Source of the DNA: Spirochaetota bacterium
GTDB lineage: Bacteria; Spirochaetota; Spirochaetia; B11-G9
DNA: 58,739 bases
Assembly (NCBI GenBank): GCA_024280415.1
Contig: JAJRQE010000026.1
Location: forward strand, 1 to 58,739
Reading direction: 5' to 3'
Both the position numbers and the translations under genes were made by a program. Of the stretch, positions 31,556 through 43,457 are shown piece by piece. Under the pieces are notes generated by a model, which saw only the letters and a list, made by a program, of their open reading frames with translations, ran no database searches and was not told the DNA's origin. Positions within the stretch are counted from its first letter, which is position 1. Each line of letters starts with the position of its first letter.

Positions 31556-31807
31556 CTATTTTGCCCGTTCAATAATCTCTGCCAAACGCCAGTGTTTATC
31601 TTTACTAACTGGTCTGCACTCAACTACTCTAACGGTATCACCTATCCGTGCATCATTCTTCTCATCGTGAGCCTTTACTTTTTTTGTACTTTTTACATAC
31701 TTCTTGTAAAGACTATGAAGAGTCTTTGTTGTAATAGCAATTACAATGGTTTTATCCATTTTGTCACTAACAACCTGACCCGTATAGGTTTTCTTATTTT
31801 CATCCAT
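31556..31807 (-). CDS. rpsQ: 30S ribosomal protein S17
   Basis: GQVVSDKMDKTIV; KAHDE. Confidence 0.97.
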   Translation of the reverse strand: MDENKKTYTGQVVSDKMDKTIVIAITTKTLHSLYKKYVKSTKKVKAHDEKNDARIGDTVRVVECRPVSKDKHWRLAEIIERAK

Positions 31808-31836
31808 TCCAAGCCTCTCTTATTTACTGATCTACC

Positions 31837-32037
31837 TTAATTCTTTCTGATCTTAAGGGCATATTCATGGATAATTGTATTTAACCGGGCAATAGTCCGG
31901 CGCACATACCTCAGTTCAAGAGGATTTTCCACATGTCCCATAACCTTATTAATACGAACATCAAGCAATTTTCGACTCAGCTCTTCTTTCTTTGCCAATA
32001 ACTCGTCGTATGTCAAATCATTTAACGAATCTTTCAT
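31837..32037 (-). CDS. rpmC: 50S ribosomal protein L29
   Basis: [10 protein letters not shown]; S10 operon position. Confidence 0.95.
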   Translation of the reverse strand: MKDSLNDLTYDELLAKKEELSRKLLDVRINKVMGHVENPLELRYVRRTIARLNTIIHEYALKIRKN

Positions 32038-32040
32038 CTT

Positions 32041-32457
32041 CTACTCCAGATCCCTTCTTGCAACTATCTTTGTCTTGATAGGCAGTTTATTACTTGCCAG
32101 AGTTAAAGCCTCTTTTGCAAGATCACTATCAACACCAGCCATTTCAAACATAACAGTTCCTGTTTTCACCACTGCAACCCATCCCTCAGGGTTACCCTTT
32201 CCCTTACCCTGCCTCGTTTCTGCAGGCTTTTTAGTATAGGGCATATGGGGGAATATTCTTATCCAGACCTTTCCACCCCTCTTAATCTTTCTTGTCATAG
32301 CAATTCTGGCGGCTTCAATCTGGCGATTTGTTATCCATTTCGGTTCCAGAGCCATAAGACCATATTCACCAAAAGAAACCTTATTACCCTTCTGTGCCAC
32401 ACCATCGCGCTTGCCTCTTTGAAGCTTTCTATATTTAGTTCTTTTTGGACTAAGCAT
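32041..32457 (-). CDS. rplP: 50S ribosomal protein L16
   Basis: [11 protein letters not shown]; [11 protein letters not shown]. Confidence 0.98.
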   Translation of the reverse strand: MLSPKRTKYRKLQRGKRDGVAQKGNKVSFGEYGLMALEPKWITNRQIEAARIAMTRKIKRGGKVWIRIFPHMPYTKKPAETRQGKGKGNPEGWVAVVKTGTVMFEMAGVDSDLAKEALTLASNKLPIKTKIVARRDLE

Positions 32458-32459
32458 AC

Positions 32460-33164
32460 CTATTGTCTCCCTCTGGGAGCCGGTTCACGCTTCTTTCGAA
32501 CAAGCAGACCGGCATCTTCCTTACGGTCATTTTTATAAACATCACCGTTATAGACCCAAACCTTAACACCAATCAATCCAAAGGTGGTTACAGATTCTGC
32601 AAATCCGTAATCTATTCCTGCACGAAAAGTATGAAGCGGGATTCTTCCATCCTTACTCCATTCTGTCCTTGCCATTTCAGCTCCACCAAGTCTTCCACTG
32701 ATTCTGATTTTTACACCCTGCACTCCGGCTTTCATTGCGTTGGCAACAGCCATCTTTAAAGTTCTTCGAAAAGAACCTCTGGTTTTAAGCTGTCTCGCAA
32801 CCCCTAAAGCAATCAACTGTGCATCAACTTCAGGCCGTTTAACTTCTTTAATTTTAATCTGAATCTTTTTCTTGGCAATTTTCTGAAGTCTTGCACCAAT
32901 TTTTTCAATATTGGCACCCTTTGCTCCAATAATAATGCCAGGTCTCGAGGTTTTTACAACCAGAGTAATTCGCTGAGGGTGTCTGATAATTTCAATATCA
33001 GAGATCTCTGCTCCCTTTGTTTCAGGAGAGACCATCATCTCTTTTCTAAGTCGAAGATCCTCATGGAGTGTATCACCGTATTCTCTGGGATCCACATACC
33101 ATTTGGACTTCCAGGTCTTATTAATACCCAATCGCATTCCTATAGGATTAACTTTCTGACCCAT
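32460..33164 (-). CDS. rpsC: 30S ribosomal protein S3
   Basis: [13 protein letters not shown]; [11 protein letters not shown]. Confidence 0.98.
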   Translation of the reverse strand: MGQKVNPIGMRLGINKTWKSKWYVDPREYGDTLHEDLRLRKEMMVSPETKGAEISDIEIIRHPQRITLVVKTSRPGIIIGAKGANIEKIGARLQKIAKKKIQIKIKEVKRPEVDAQLIALGVARQLKTRGSFRRTLKMAVANAMKAGVQGVKIRISGRLGGAEMARTEWSKDGRIPLHTFRAGIDYGFAESVTTFGLIGVKVWVYNGDVYKNDRKEDAGLLVRKKREPAPRGRQ

Positions 33165-33533
33165 CTACTCCCCCATACCTGTTATTTCATCTATTACAAC
33201 ATATATATGAGACATTCTTTTTAAAAGTATATCTCGTTTCCCCCGGGCTCTGGCCCAGACACGCTTCAACCTAGGTCCTTCATTTATCTGAATTTCCTTA
33301 ACATACAACATCTCTTCATCGAGCTTTTTATTCAATGACAAAGCGTTGGAGGCTGCAGATTTGATAACCTTCTTAAGAAAACCAGCACCCTTCTGAGGAA
33401 GGCTGTCTAAAATAGCCATTGCCTCTGTATATGGTTTCAACCTTACATTATCCGCAATTGGGCGAACCTTTGTGGGTGAAATCATGAGAAATTTAGCTGT
33501 TGACCTGTATACCTGTTTTTCTTCCATCCCCAT
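33165..33533 (-). CDS. rplV: 50S ribosomal protein L22
   Basis: ISPTKVR; KSAASNA; RARG. Confidence 0.97.
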   Translation of the reverse strand: MGMEEKQVYRSTAKFLMISPTKVRPIADNVRLKPYTEAMAILDSLPQKGAGFLKKVIKSAASNALSLNKKLDEEMLYVKEIQINEGPRLKRVWARARGKRDILLKRMSHIYVVIDEITGMGE

Positions 33534-33535
33534 AC

Positions 33536-33817
33536 CTATCTCTTTCTCATTTTCTTATCTGAATATGCATGTCCCCTATACATTCGGGTTGGTGCAAATT
33601 CACCAAGCTTATGACCAACCAGGTTTTCTGTTATAAATACAGGAACCCATGATTTCCCATTGTAAACTGAGATTGTATAACCTACCATCTCAGGAATTAT
33701 TGTAGAAGTTCTTGAATAAGTCTTAAGCATCTTCTTATTCCCGGACTTACTAGCCTCAACAATTCGCTTGTAGAGTTTTTTCTCGATAAACGGACCCTTT
33801 TTAATTGACCTTGACAC
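33536..33817 (-). CDS. rpsS: 30S ribosomal protein S19
   Basis: SRSIKKGPF; [11 protein letters not shown]. Confidence 0.98.
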   Translation of the reverse strand: MSRSIKKGPFIEKKLYKRIVEASKSGNKKMLKTYSRTSTIIPEMVGYTISVYNGKSWVPVFITENLVGHKLGEFAPTRMYRGHAYSDKKMRKR

Positions 33818-33826
33818 TTGTCACTC

Positions 33827-34651
33827 CTACTTCCGTCTCTTAACAATAAACTTGCCAGAAGCTTTTTTCTTCTTACGTGTTTTGTAACCCTTTGTCGGAA
33901 CACCCCAGGGTGTTACAGGATTACGACCACCTGATGTCTTACCTTCACCACCACCATGAGGATGATCATGAGGATTCATGACAACACCTCTAACCTTAGG
34001 TCGCTTTTTCATCCATCTCGACCTTCCGGCTTTACCGATATTGACATTCATATGATCTTCATTACCAACCTCACCGAGGGTAGCATAACACTTACCAAAA
34101 ATCATTCTTGCTTCACCAGAAGGAAGTTTAACAGTTACGTAATCTCCCTCTTTTGCCATAATGGAAGCACCTGTTCCAGCAGACCTCACAAGCTGACCAC
34201 CTCTGCCATACTGCAGCTCCACATTATGAACCCTGACACCTAAAGGCATCTTTTCCAACGGAAGAGCATTTCCTGCTTCCAGATCAGCATCAGGGCCACT
34301 CATAACTACTTTACCCACTGTCATGGATTTTGGTGCAAGAATATATCGCTTATCACCATCATAGTAATTAATAAGAGCTATGTTTGCAGATCTGTTAGGA
34401 TCGTATTCAATAGATACAACCTTTCCAGGAACTCCATATTTATCCCGTTTAAAGTCAATAACACGATATTTACGCTTATGACCTCCACCCCGGCGCCTGA
34501 CACTAATTCTGCCACCTGCACCGCGTCCAGCCTTAAAAGAAAGACCACTGGTAAGGGACTTTTCGCTGCCAGTTCTGGTTATCTCTTCGAATGTCAGACT
34601 TGCTCTGTACCTCAGACTCGGTGTCCGAGGCTTGTATGTCTTAATTCCCAC
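33827..34651 (-). CDS. rplB: 50S ribosomal protein L2
   Basis: IEYDPNRSA; [13 protein letters not shown]. Confidence 0.98.
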   Translation of the reverse strand: MGIKTYKPRTPSLRYRASLTFEEITRTGSEKSLTSGLSFKAGRGAGGRISVRRRGGGHKRKYRVIDFKRDKYGVPGKVVSIEYDPNRSANIALINYYDGDKRYILAPKSMTVGKVVMSGPDADLEAGNALPLEKMPLGVRVHNVELQYGRGGQLVRSAGTGASIMAKEGDYVTVKLPSGEARMIFGKCYATLGEVGNEDHMNVNIGKAGRSRWMKKRPKVRGVVMNPHDHPHGGGEGKTSGGRNPVTPWGVPTKGYKTRKKKKASGKFIVKRRK

Positions 34652-34685
34652 TTAAAATCTCCCTGGGCAGAATCGTCAAACGACT

Positions 34686-34991
34686 CTAAACACCCTCGAT
34701 AATTTCAATTTTATTCCCTTCAGCAAGGGTAACTATAGCCTTTTTCCATGGAGTAGTACTTCCGGAACGAATTCCGGATTTAGTACGCGACTGCCTGGGC
34801 TTGGCTTTTACATTAATAATTCTGCATTCAACCGGCTTAACAGAAAAAAGATTCTTCACAGCATCCATTATCTGGAGCTTATTGGCTCTGGGATTAACTT
34901 TAAAAGTATATTTTACCTTACCATCAACTTCCCGCATACTATTCGTCTTTTCTGTGAGCACGGGCTCAATAATTATTTGATCATATCGCAT
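34686..34991 (-). CDS. rplW: 50S ribosomal protein L23
   Basis: PVLTEK; WKKAIVTL. Confidence 0.97.
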   Translation of the reverse strand: MRYDQIIIEPVLTEKTNSMREVDGKVKYTFKVNPRANKLQIMDAVKNLFSVKPVECRIINVKAKPRQSRTKSGIRSGSTTPWKKAIVTLAEGNKIEIIEGV

Positions 34992-35002
34992 AAATTGCCC
35001 CT

Positions 35003-35632
35003 TTACTCAGTACCGTAGAAATCATTAAGATTCCCAACTGCAGTTTCAAGTATAAGCACATTCTTTCCATAGAAAAGTGTATGTGCACTCAGTCTGTTGT
35101 ATGTCAGGAACTTAAGCCAGGGGATATTTTTCCCTGCCCGCCTTAACATCTTGTCATCATCTTTCAGAATAAGTACGGTAGATTCATCTTTAACAAGAGC
35201 CTTAAGGAGACTTGTCAAATCCCTGGTCTTACCGGACTCAACTGTAAAATCCTCAACGACTTTTATCTTTTCCTGCTTCACCTTGAGTGATAATATTGAT
35301 TTCATTGCAAGACGCTTCATTTTTTTAGGCATCTTGTAGCTGTAATCTCTTGGCTTTGGACCAAAAATGGTTCCCCCACCTACCCAAACCGGAGATTTCT
35401 TGTCACCGGATCTAGCATGACCGGTTCCCTTCTGCCTCCAGGGTTTTGCATTACTACCCCTTACTTCTCCACGTGTTTTTGTACTGGCAGTGCCCACTCT
35501 TCTGTTGGCAAGTTCATTATTGATCGCATAATAAATAGAACCTTCACTAACTTCTCTGCCAAAAACATCATCTTCAAGAGTAATATTCTTTATCTCTTCG
35601 CCTTTAACCGAAAAGACTTTTGTTTCCATCAT
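35003..35632 (-). CDS. rplD: 50S ribosomal protein L4
   Basis: KPWRQKGTGHAR; FGPKPR. Confidence 0.98.
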   Translation of the reverse strand: MMETKVFSVKGEEIKNITLEDDVFGREVSEGSIYYAINNELANRRVGTASTKTRGEVRGSNAKPWRQKGTGHARSGDKKSPVWVGGGTIFGPKPRDYSYKMPKKMKRLAMKSILSLKVKQEKIKVVEDFTVESGKTRDLTSLLKALVKDESTVLILKDDDKMLRRAGKNIPWLKFLTYNRLSAHTLFYGKNVLILETAVGNLNDFYGTE

Positions 35633-35638
35633 ATTCCT

Positions 35639-36259
35639 CTACTTCTTCTTAGCTTTCTTGACAATTACCACACCCTTATTAGGGCCGGGTACAGCGCCTT
35701 TTACCATAAGAAATTGTTTTTCTTCATCTATCTTAACAACCCTGAGATTCTGTACAGAAGTTCTGACACCACCCATTCTTCCCGGCATCTTAGTACCTTT
35801 GAATGTCCTGGAAGGAGTTGCCGCCATACCAGTACCTCCGAGTCCTCTATGGAATTTGGATCCATGAGTCGCCCGACCCCCGCCAAATCCATGTCGTTTC
35901 ATAACACCCTGATAACCTTTACCCTTAGATGTTCCTTCTACATCCACAAAGGAAAGATCTTTCAATATTTCTACATTAAAAGAATCACCTACAGCGACTT
36001 CAACTTCGAAATCCCTCATTTCCCTTAACACAACCTTAGGTGTTACCTTTTCTCCAAACTGACCGCCATACGGCTTTGTAACATGTTTAGACTTCTTGTC
36101 TATTGCACCTATCAGTTTCGCCTCGTAGCCGTTCTTCTCTTCACTTCTTTCAGCGACTACTACATTATCTTCTATTTTAATGACTGTTACAGGAGTTAAT
36201 ACTCCCCTTTCGTCAAAAACTTGCGTCATTCCGACTTTTCTGCCGATCAGCCCTAACAT
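35639..36259 (-). CDS. rplC: 50S ribosomal protein L3
   Basis: [10 protein letters not shown]; [13 protein letters not shown]. Confidence 0.98.
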   Translation of the reverse strand: MLGLIGRKVGMTQVFDERGVLTPVTVIKIEDNVVVAERSEEKNGYEAKLIGAIDKKSKHVTKPYGGQFGEKVTPKVVLREMRDFEVEVAVGDSFNVEILKDLSFVDVEGTSKGKGYQGVMKRHGFGGGRATHGSKFHRGLGGTGMAATPSRTFKGTKMPGRMGGVRTSVQNLRVVKIDEEKQFLMVKGAVPGPNKGVVIVKKAKKK

Positions 36260-36287
36260 CTCATACCTCAATTAGTCTTAGCGTTAA

Positions 36288-36596
36288 TTACTGTTTAATC
36301 TCTACATCCACACCAGCGGGAAGCTCAAGCTTCATTAGAGCATCCATTACCTTTGATGTAGGATCAAGGATATCAATAAGCCGTTTATGTGTACGCATCT
36401 CAAATTGTTCCCGGGATTTCTTATTTACAAAAGGTGACTTAAGTACAGTATATTTATTAATTCTTGTCGGTAAAGGAATTGGACCGGCAACTTTTGCTCC
36501 AGCCTTTACTACAGTCTGCACTATTGCCTTTGAACTCTGATCTATAAGTTCTATGTCAAAACCTCTCAGCCTCACACGGATTCTATCCTTGGCCAT
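36288..36596 (-). CDS. rpsJ: 30S ribosomal protein S10
   Basis: GPIPLPT; [13 protein letters not shown]; SD GGAGG. Confidence 0.98.
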   Translation of the reverse strand: MAKDRIRVRLRGFDIELIDQSSKAIVQTVVKAGAKVAGPIPLPTRINKYTVLKSPFVNKKSREQFEMRTHKRLIDILDPTSKVMDALMKLELPAGVDVEIKQ

Positions 36597-36605
36597 TATT
36601 CCTCC

Positions 36606-36640
36606 AAAAATAAGTCCTGTACTCAATAAAGTACAGGACT
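36606..36640 (-). terminator. Terminator-like hairpin between tuf and rpsJ
   Basis: 11-bp stem agtcctgtact/agtacaggact followed by TTATTTTT on the minus strand. Confidence 0.75.
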
Positions 36641-36649
36641 CTCAAAAAT

Positions 36650-37840
36650 CTATTCTTCAATTTCAGTGACCTGACCACTAGCTACAGTTCGTCCACCTTC
36701 ACGAATAGCGAATCTAAGACCTTTATCCATAGCAATAGGGTGAATCAGTTCAACGATTATCTCTGTATTATCACCAGGCATTATCATCTGCTTATCAGCA
36801 GGAAGGGTTACAGTACCTGTAATATCTGTCGTTCGAAAATAAAACTGGGGTCTGTATCCCGAGAAGAAAGGGGAGTGTCGACCACCCTCATCTTTGTTCA
36901 GAACATATACAGCACCAGTAAATTTTGAATGTGGAGTAATAGATTTTGGTTTTGCCAAAACCTGTCCACGAACAACCTCATTCTTATCTACACCTCTAAG
37001 GAGAGTTCCAACATTATCACCCGCCTGGCCTTCATCAAGAAGCTTATTAAACATCTCAACACCAGTACAGGTTGTAGTAGAAGTATCCCTAATACCAACA
37101 ATCTCCATAGGATCACCAATATGTATTACACCCCTTTCAATCCTACCTGTTACAACCGTACCTCTTCCCTGAATTGAGAAAATATCCTCAATAGGCATCA
37201 GAAAAGGAAGATCCACAGCTCTTTCCGGAAGTGGGAAATATGTATCCATAGCTTCGAGAAGTTCATCAATACATTTCGTCTTCTCCCCATCCTCAGGATT
37301 TTCCATAGCCTGAAAAGCAGAACCTTTAACTACAGGAGTCTCATCACCGGGAAAACCCTGCTCAGTAAGAAGATCTCTCATCTCCTCTTCTACAAGCTCA
37401 ATAAGATCGGGATCATCAACCTGATCAGTTTTATTAACAAAAACTATAAGTGAAGGAACTCCAACCTGTCTTGCAAGAAGAATGTGCTCTTTCGTCTGAG
37501 CCATAGCACCGTCTGTCGCAGCAACTACAATAACAGCACCATCCATCTGTGCAGCACCTGTGATCATATTCTTAATATAATCCGCATGACCTGGACAGTC
37601 TACATGGGCATAATGCCTCTTATCAGTCTGATACTCAACGTGACGCGTATTGATGGTTATGCCTCGGGCTTTTTCTTCCGGTGCATTATCAATATCCTCA
37701 TAACTCATTACCTTATCACCATGCTTGCGTGCACAATGCATAGTAATAGCCGCTGTTAGAGTTGTTTTACCATGGTCTACATGACCAATAGTACCAACAT
37801 TAATATGTGGCTTGGTTCTCTCAAACTTCTCTTTAGCCAT
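36650..37840 (-). CDS. tuf: Elongation factor Tu
   Basis: [12 protein letters not shown]; GHVDHGKT; DCPGHADY. Confidence 0.99.
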   Translation of the reverse strand: MAKEKFERTKPHINVGTIGHVDHGKTTLTAAITMHCARKHGDKVMSYEDIDNAPEEKARGITINTRHVEYQTDKRHYAHVDCPGHADYIKNMITGAAQMDGAVIVVAATDGAMAQTKEHILLARQVGVPSLIVFVNKTDQVDDPDLIELVEEEMRDLLTEQGFPGDETPVVKGSAFQAMENPEDGEKTKCIDELLEAMDTYFPLPERAVDLPFLMPIEDIFSIQGRGTVVTGRIERGVIHIGDPMEIVGIRDTSTTTCTGVEMFNKLLDEGQAGDNVGTLLRGVDKNEVVRGQVLAKPKSITPHSKFTGAVYVLNKDEGGRHSPFFSGYRPQFYFRTTDITGTVTLPADKQMIMPGDNTEIIVELIHPIAMDKGLRFAIREGGRTVASGQVTEIEE

Positions 37841-38128
37841 CATTTCCTCCTTGTGTATACACACAATTAAATTATATTACGAGCAAAGCCTATGCTTAAC
37901 GGCAAAACGCCGTAAATTCACAAATTACATCTGGAATTATCAAAAAAAGAGAAAAACAAGATTAGTAGGATCCAGAGGTCGATGTTCCGTGCCTTACACA
38001 CAAACATCGACTTGGCTGTATAAGTACAGCAACTGAAACCACCTAATCATCCCCGATTATGCTAACCTTCCGGACGACTGGTTTGGCTTAAGCAAGCCCT
38101 GTCCAACAAAAAGCAGGACAGTTCGCAC

Positions 38129-38157
38129 ATATTATTCAAATCCCGGAACTTAGTCAA
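38129..38157 (-). promoter_or_regulatory. Putative sigma70 promoter for tuf/S10 with about 280-nt leader
   Basis: TTGACT-17 bp-TAATAT. Confidence 0.55.
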
Positions 38158-38196
38158 TAGGACAAAGCTCCTGTATAATATTTTGTGCATTTTATT

Positions 38197-38228
38197 CCGT
38201 AGGGGCGAACGGCCGTTCGCCCCTACGG
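38197..38228. repeat. Perfect 32-bp palindrome, REP-like (GTAG...CTAC core), just after rpsG
   Basis: ccgtaggggcgaacgg|ccgttcgcccctacgg. Confidence 0.85.
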
Positions 38229-38236
38229 TTTTTATA

Positions 38237-38707
38237 TTACCACCTGTAATGAGAGAAAGCCTTGTTGGCTTCTGCCATTCTATGGGTATCTTCCTTTTTC
38301 TTAAATGCAGTTCCGGCAGAATTAGAGGCATCCATCAGCTCAGCAGCCAATTTCTCACTTAGCGACTTTCCGCTTCGCCCTCTTGCTGCCAGAATAATCC
38401 ATCTCATAGAGAGAGCATCGCGTCTTTTTTCACCAACCTCAACAGGAACCTGATAAGTAGACCCACCAACTCTTCTGGACTTAACCTCAACCAGGGGTTT
38501 TACATTATCAAGAGCTTTAAGAAACACTTCCAGCGGTGTACCATTCCCCTTTGCCTCAATAATATCCATTGCCCCATAGAGCATTCTTGTACTGATGGAC
38601 TTTTTTCCATCCAGCATCATTCTTGTAATAAACTTTGTTACTATTTTACTGTTAAACCTTGAGTCAGGAAGAACTTCTCTGACTGGTGCAACTTTTCGTC
38701 TTGCCAT
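38237..38707 (-). CDS. rpsG: 30S ribosomal protein S7
   Basis: [11 protein letters not shown]; [13 protein letters not shown]. Confidence 0.98.
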   Translation of the reverse strand: MARRKVAPVREVLPDSRFNSKIVTKFITRMMLDGKKSISTRMLYGAMDIIEAKGNGTPLEVFLKALDNVKPLVEVKSRRVGGSTYQVPVEVGEKRRDALSMRWIILAARGRSGKSLSEKLAAELMDASNSAGTAFKKKEDTHRMAEANKAFSHYRW

Positions 38708-38720
38708 TTTCTTCCCCTCC

Positions 38721-39095
38721 CTATGCCTTCGGTCTCTTAGTACCGTATTTAGACCTGCTGGTCTTTCTATCGTCAACACCCAAAGTATCTTTGGCACCCC
38801 TTACAATATGGTACCTTACACCTGGAAGATCTTTAATCCTTCCTCCTCTAAGAAGAACAACTGAGTGCTCCTGAAGATTATGTCCTATACCAGGGATATA
38901 CGCAGTAACCTCTATACCATTTGTAAGCCTTACTCTGGCAACCTTCCGGAGTGCTGAGTTCGGTTTTTTAGGTGTTACTGTCATCACACGCGTACATACA
39001 CCACGTTTCTGAGGACACGAATCAAGGGCAGGAGATTTAGTCTTTTTAACAATACTCTTTCTCCCCTTTCTTATAAGCTGATTAATCGTCGGCAT
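38721..39095 (-). CDS. rpsL: 30S ribosomal protein S12
   Basis: [10 protein letters not shown]; [10 protein letters not shown]. Confidence 0.98.
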   Translation of the reverse strand: MPTINQLIRKGRKSIVKKTKSPALDSCPQKRGVCTRVMTVTPKKPNSALRKVARVRLTNGIEVTAYIPGIGHNLQEHSVVLLRGGRIKDLPGVRYHIVRGAKDTLGVDDRKTSRSKYGTKRPKA

Positions 39096-39207
39096 CTTTC
39101 TGATACCCTCCCTTTTCTTTTTTACCGGGCACACACCCGGTATTCCTTCACACCGTTTCCTCAAACCAAAGGAAACAACTTATTAAAAACCCTAAAACCT
39201 TTTCCGA

Positions 39208-42200
39208 CTATTCAGCAGGAACAGCAGCTGTACCGCCAACTCCTTCCTGACTGTCTTCGGTTTCAGAAAGTCCTTCTAATTTTCTTGCTTCAAGGATTTT
39301 CCTGACACTTGCATCAAGATCCTCCTTGTTTTCATCGTACAGTTTTACATTACGATACTTTTTCATACCCGTACCGGCAGGAATTAAATGACCAATAATA
39401 ACATTTTCCTTCAAACCGCGAAGTGTGTCAGTACTACCAGCAATTGCCGCATTTGTCAACACTTTTGTTGTCTCCTGAAAGGAAGCAGCTGATATAAATG
39501 AATCAATATTTAATGATGCTCTGGTTATACCAAGAAGCATAGGCTTGGCAACAGCAGATTCACCACCCTCTTTCAGAACCTTTATATTTTCATTATGGAA
39601 CCTGTATTTATCAATCTGCTGACCGTAAATAAAACCTGTATCCCCGACCTGAACGATTTCAACCTTCCTCATCATCTGTCTTACGATAGAACCAATATGT
39701 TTGTCATTTATATTTACACCCTGAAGCCGATACACCTCCTGAACCTCATTAACAAGGAAAGACTGAAGTGCATTCTCACCAAGAATATCAAGAATATCAT
39801 GAGGATCCTTCATTCCCTCACACAACTCCTCTCCTGCAAGAACAAGGTCACCATCCCTAACAAGAAGATGCTTCCCTACAGGAACCTGGTGCTTATGCTC
39901 GTGACCGTAAATATCAACAATAACAATAATTCGTTTACCTTTTATTATATTCTTAAACTGAACAGTCCCGCTTATCTTGGAGAGAACAGCTGAATTCTTG
40001 GGTCGCCTTGCCTCAAATAACTCACCAACTCTCGGGAGACCACCTGTAATATCTGCAGTTTTCACACTCTCTTTAAGGAGTTTTGCAAGAGCCTTACCCT
40101 TTTTAACTTTATCTCCGTCTTCAATACTAAGATACGAAGACCCCGGAAGAAAGTATGTTGCAAGATCGTTACCCTCATCATCCATAAGAATAATTCTTGG
40201 CTGCAGAGTCTCCAGGGATATCTCATTAATCTTTTTCTCAGTGTTCCCTGTATCCATATTAATCTCTTCCTTGAGAGTCATCCCAAGAACTATATCCTCA
40301 AACCTGACTGTTCCGTTATACTCAGCAATAATTGGTTCCGAAAATGGATCAAATGTAGTTATTGAGTTATTTGCAGGAACGATATCTCCCTCTTTAACCA
40401 GAAGTTCCGCTCCATTCCTGATATCCAGCTTCTGATCCTGAGCAATAAGAACAATCTCTTTCTCTTTTAAATAGACAAACCCTATTTCCTGTGCCTTTAC
40501 CTCACCGCTCTTCTGCTTAACAAGAACTTCTCCACCAGTTACCTTCTGACCATGGGAAACAAGAACTTCTGCATTTTCCTCAAGCTCGATCTCTCTTATT
40601 GTTTTTGCTACAGTAAGGTAACCCTTTCTGGTAAAAAGAACATCTCCACTCTCAAGAGTTACCGTATTACCAATAACTTCTTTAATAATAACCGGATAAG
40701 ATAAAACAGTTTTATTCTCTTCACTTATCTTGGTAGCCGCTCCACCTACGTGAAAGGTTCTCATAGTAAGCTGAGTACCAGGCTGACCAATAGACTGGGC
40801 AGCAATTATTCCTACAGCTTCACCAATATCAACCGTCTTGTTGGTCGCAAGGTTTCTGCCATAACACATTCGGCAGACACCATACTCTGCTTCGCAGGTA
40901 AGAACAGTACGGATTCGCACAGACTCAACACCTATCTCCTCGATCCTTGCGGCAAGTTTATCTGTAATCTCTTCATTAACATCAATTATTATTTCACCTG
41001 TTATAGGATGCTTAACCCTTTCCAGTGTAAACCGACCGGTTATTCTGTCCCTAAGAGCTTCAACAATCTCTTCTCCATCCTTAAGTGCACTTATATCAAT
41101 ACCATTAATAGTTCCGCAATCATCATCATTAACAACCATATCCTGAGCAATATCAACCAGTCTTCTGGTTAAATAACCAGCATCTGCTGTTTTAAGAGCG
41201 GTATCTGCGAGGCCCTTTCTGGCACCATTGGTAGAAATAAAGAACTCGATAATAGAAAGACCTTCCTTAAAATTAGAACGAATAGGAAGTTCAATAATAT
41301 CTCCCGAAGGCTTTGCCATAAGACCACGCATTCCGGATAACTGTCGAATCTGTGTTCTGGAACCTCTGGCTCCGGAGTCCGCCATCATATAAACAGGATT
41401 AAACCCGTCCTTATCCTTTTTAAGAACATCCATCAGTTCGTTAGTAAGATCCTCATTAGTCTTACTCCAGACCTCTACAACCCTGTTGTAACGCTCTTCC
41501 TGGGTAATATGACCCTGAATATACTGCTCCTGAATTGCTTTAACCTGATTATTAGCGCCCTCAATCATAACTTTTTTCTTTTCTGGAATAACAATATCAT
41601 TTAGTCCTATGGTTGCACCAAAAACAGTTGCATACTTAAATCCAACATCTTTAATGGAATCAAGCATTTCCACGGCAACAGAAGGACCAAATACAGCATA
41701 AGTATCGGCAACAAGAGCCTTAAGCTCCTTGTCCCCCAAAATTTTATTTACAAATTTTACAACAGAAGGCATTCTCTCATTAAAAAGAACCCTGCCTGCA
41801 GAGGTTTCGATTACCTCACCGTTTATTTTAAGATTAATTTTTGATCCATAAGCAAGAGCTCCTGAATCACGCGCAAGTATGACTTCTCCAGGGTCGGAGA
41901 AAAACTTACCTTCACCCAAAGTCCCCTTTGTCATCTTGGTTAGATAATTTATTCCAAGTACCATATCCTGGGAAGGAAATACAATAGGAGTTCCATTTGC
42001 CGGGTTCAGAAGATTATTGGACGAAAGCATGAGTGTCCAGCACTCAATCTGCGCAGCCTGTGTAAGGGGAACGTGGATAGCCATCTGATCCCCGTCAAAG
42101 TCGGCATTATAGGCATGGCATACCAGAGGATGAAGCTTTATGGCTTTCCCCTGAACCAATACCGGCTCAAAAGCCTGGATTCCTAATCTATGAAGGGTAG

Positions 42201-43446
42201 GTGCGCGGTTCAGCAGAACAGGATGTTCCTTAACTACCGAATCAAGAACAGACCATACTTCCTGAGTTTCCTGCTCCACAAGTGTTTTTGCCTTTTTAAT
42301 ATTATAAACAACATCTTTTTCGACAAGCTTTCGCATAATAAAAGGCTTGTAAAGCTCAAGAGCCATTTTTGCCGGTAGTCCGCACTGATGCAGTCGAAGC
42401 TCAGGCCCTACAACAATTACAGAACGTCCGGAATAATCAACTCGTTTTCCAAGAAGGTTCTGCCTGAAACGACCCTGTTTACCCTTTAGCATATCTGAAA
42501 GAGATTTAAGAGGACGATTAGAGGCTCCCTTTACAACCTTTTTCTTTTTTGAATTATCAAAAAGAGCATCAACAGCTTCCTGAAGCATTCTCTTCTCATT
42601 TCTTATAATAATATCAGGAGCATTTAAAGCCATAAGACGTTTAAGTCTGTTATTTCTGTTTATCACCCTTCTATACAGATCATTCAAGTCCGATGTAGCA
42701 AACCTGCCTCCGTCCAGCTGAACCATAGGTCTAAGCTCCGGGGGAATAACAGGAATGACATCAAGAATCATCCATTCGGGTTTATTAACTGAATCTCTAA
42801 AATTTTCAACAATCTCAATACGTTTAAGAAGACGCTTATCTGTCTTAATCCCCTTCTCAATCATTTTAGCACGCAGCTCTGCAGATAAAATATCAAGATC
42901 AAGATTTTCAAGAAGAGTTCTTACAGCTTCCGCACCTATACCCGCAGCAAAGCCGACACCGTATCTCTCTTTGGCATCCAGATACTCCTCTTCAGTGAGA
43001 AGCTCCATCAGCTTAAGATCCGTATCTCCAGGAACGATAACAACATATTTTTCGTAATATAAAATCGAACGCAGGGAAGCAATAGTTAAATCCAGAAGAA
43101 GACCGAGTCTGGATGGAACAGATCTGTAATACCAAATATGCGACACAGGAGCAGCAAGCTCTATATGCCCCATTCGTTCTCTTCGAACCTTAAAATGGGT
43201 AACTTCCACACCACAACGGTCACAAATAACACCTTTGTACCTTATAGATTTAAATTTACCACAGTAACATTCCCACTCTTTAGTAGTACCGAAAATTCTT
43301 TCACAGAACAAACCCTCTTTTTCCGGCCTAAGTGTCCTGTAATTAATTGTTTCCGGCTTCTTTACTTCACCATATGACCACGCTCTGATCTGCTCAGGCG
43401 AAGCCAGCTTAATCATTATGCTGTCAAAATCCTGTATATCTCTCAT
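39208..43446 (-). CDS. rpoC: RNA polymerase subunit beta'
   Basis: NADFDGDQM catalytic motif; Zn-binding cysteines. Confidence 0.99.
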   Translation of the reverse strand: MRDIQDFDSIMIKLASPEQIRAWSYGEVKKPETINYRTLRPEKEGLFCERIFGTTKEWECYCGKFKSIRYKGVICDRCGVEVTHFKVRRERMGHIELAAPVSHIWYYRSVPSRLGLLLDLTIASLRSILYYEKYVVIVPGDTDLKLMELLTEEEYLDAKERYGVGFAAGIGAEAVRTLLENLDLDILSAELRAKMIEKGIKTDKRLLKRIEIVENFRDSVNKPEWMILDVIPVIPPELRPMVQLDGGRFATSDLNDLYRRVINRNNRLKRLMALNAPDIIIRNEKRMLQEAVDALFDNSKKKKVVKGASNRPLKSLSDMLKGKQGRFRQNLLGKRVDYSGRSVIVVGPELRLHQCGLPAKMALELYKPFIMRKLVEKDVVYNIKKAKTLVEQETQEVWSVLDSVVKEHPVLLNRAPTLHRLGIQAFEPVLVQGKAIKLHPLVCHAYNADFDGDQMAIHVPLTQAAQIECWTLMLSSNNLLNPANGTPIVFPSQDMVLGINYLTKMTKGTLGEGKFFSDPGEVILARDSGALAYGSKINLKINGEVIETSAGRVLFNERMPSVVKFVNKILGDKELKALVADTYAVFGPSVAVEMLDSIKDVGFKYATVFGATIGLNDIVIPEKKKVMIEGANNQVKAIQEQYIQGHITQEERYNRVVEVWSKTNEDLTNELMDVLKKDKDGFNPVYMMADSGARGSRTQIRQLSGMRGLMAKPSGDIIELPIRSNFKEGLSIIEFFISTNGARKGLADTALKTADAGYLTRRLVDIAQDMVVNDDDCGTINGIDISALKDGEEIVEALRDRITGRFTLERVKHPITGEIIIDVNEEITDKLAARIEEIGVESVRIRTVLTCEAEYGVCRMCYGRNLATNKTVDIGEAVGIIAAQSIGQPGTQLTMRTFHVGGAATKISEENKTVLSYPVIIKEVIGNTVTLESGDVLFTRKGYLTVAKTIREIELEENAEVLVSHGQKVTGGEVLVKQKSGEVKAQEIGFVYLKEKEIVLIAQDQKLDIRNGAELLVKEGDIVPANNSITTFDPFSEPIIAEYNGTVRFEDIVLGMTLKEEINMDTGNTEKKINEISLETLQPRIILMDDEGNDLATYFLPGSSYLSIEDGDKVKKGKALAKLLKESVKTADITGGLPRVGELFEARRPKNSAVLSKISGTVQFKNIIKGKRIIVIVDIYGHEHKHQVPVGKHLLVRDGDLVLAGEELCEGMKDPHDILDILGENALQSFLVNEVQEVYRLQGVNINDKHIGSIVRQMMRKVEIVQVGDTGFIYGQQIDKYRFHNENIKVLKEGGESAVAKPMLLGITRASLNIDSFISAASFQETTKVLTNAAIAGSTDTLRGLKENVIIGHLIPAGTGMKKYRNVKLYDENKEDLDASVRKILEARKLEGLSETEDSQEGVGGTAAVPAE

Positions 43447-43457
43447 CACAAAACTCC

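Noticed and set aside
38062-38331. 89-aa ORF across the rpsG-tuf gap as a fusA remnant or leader peptide
   Set aside because: Overlaps rpsG, reads through the palindrome and shows no EF-G motifs
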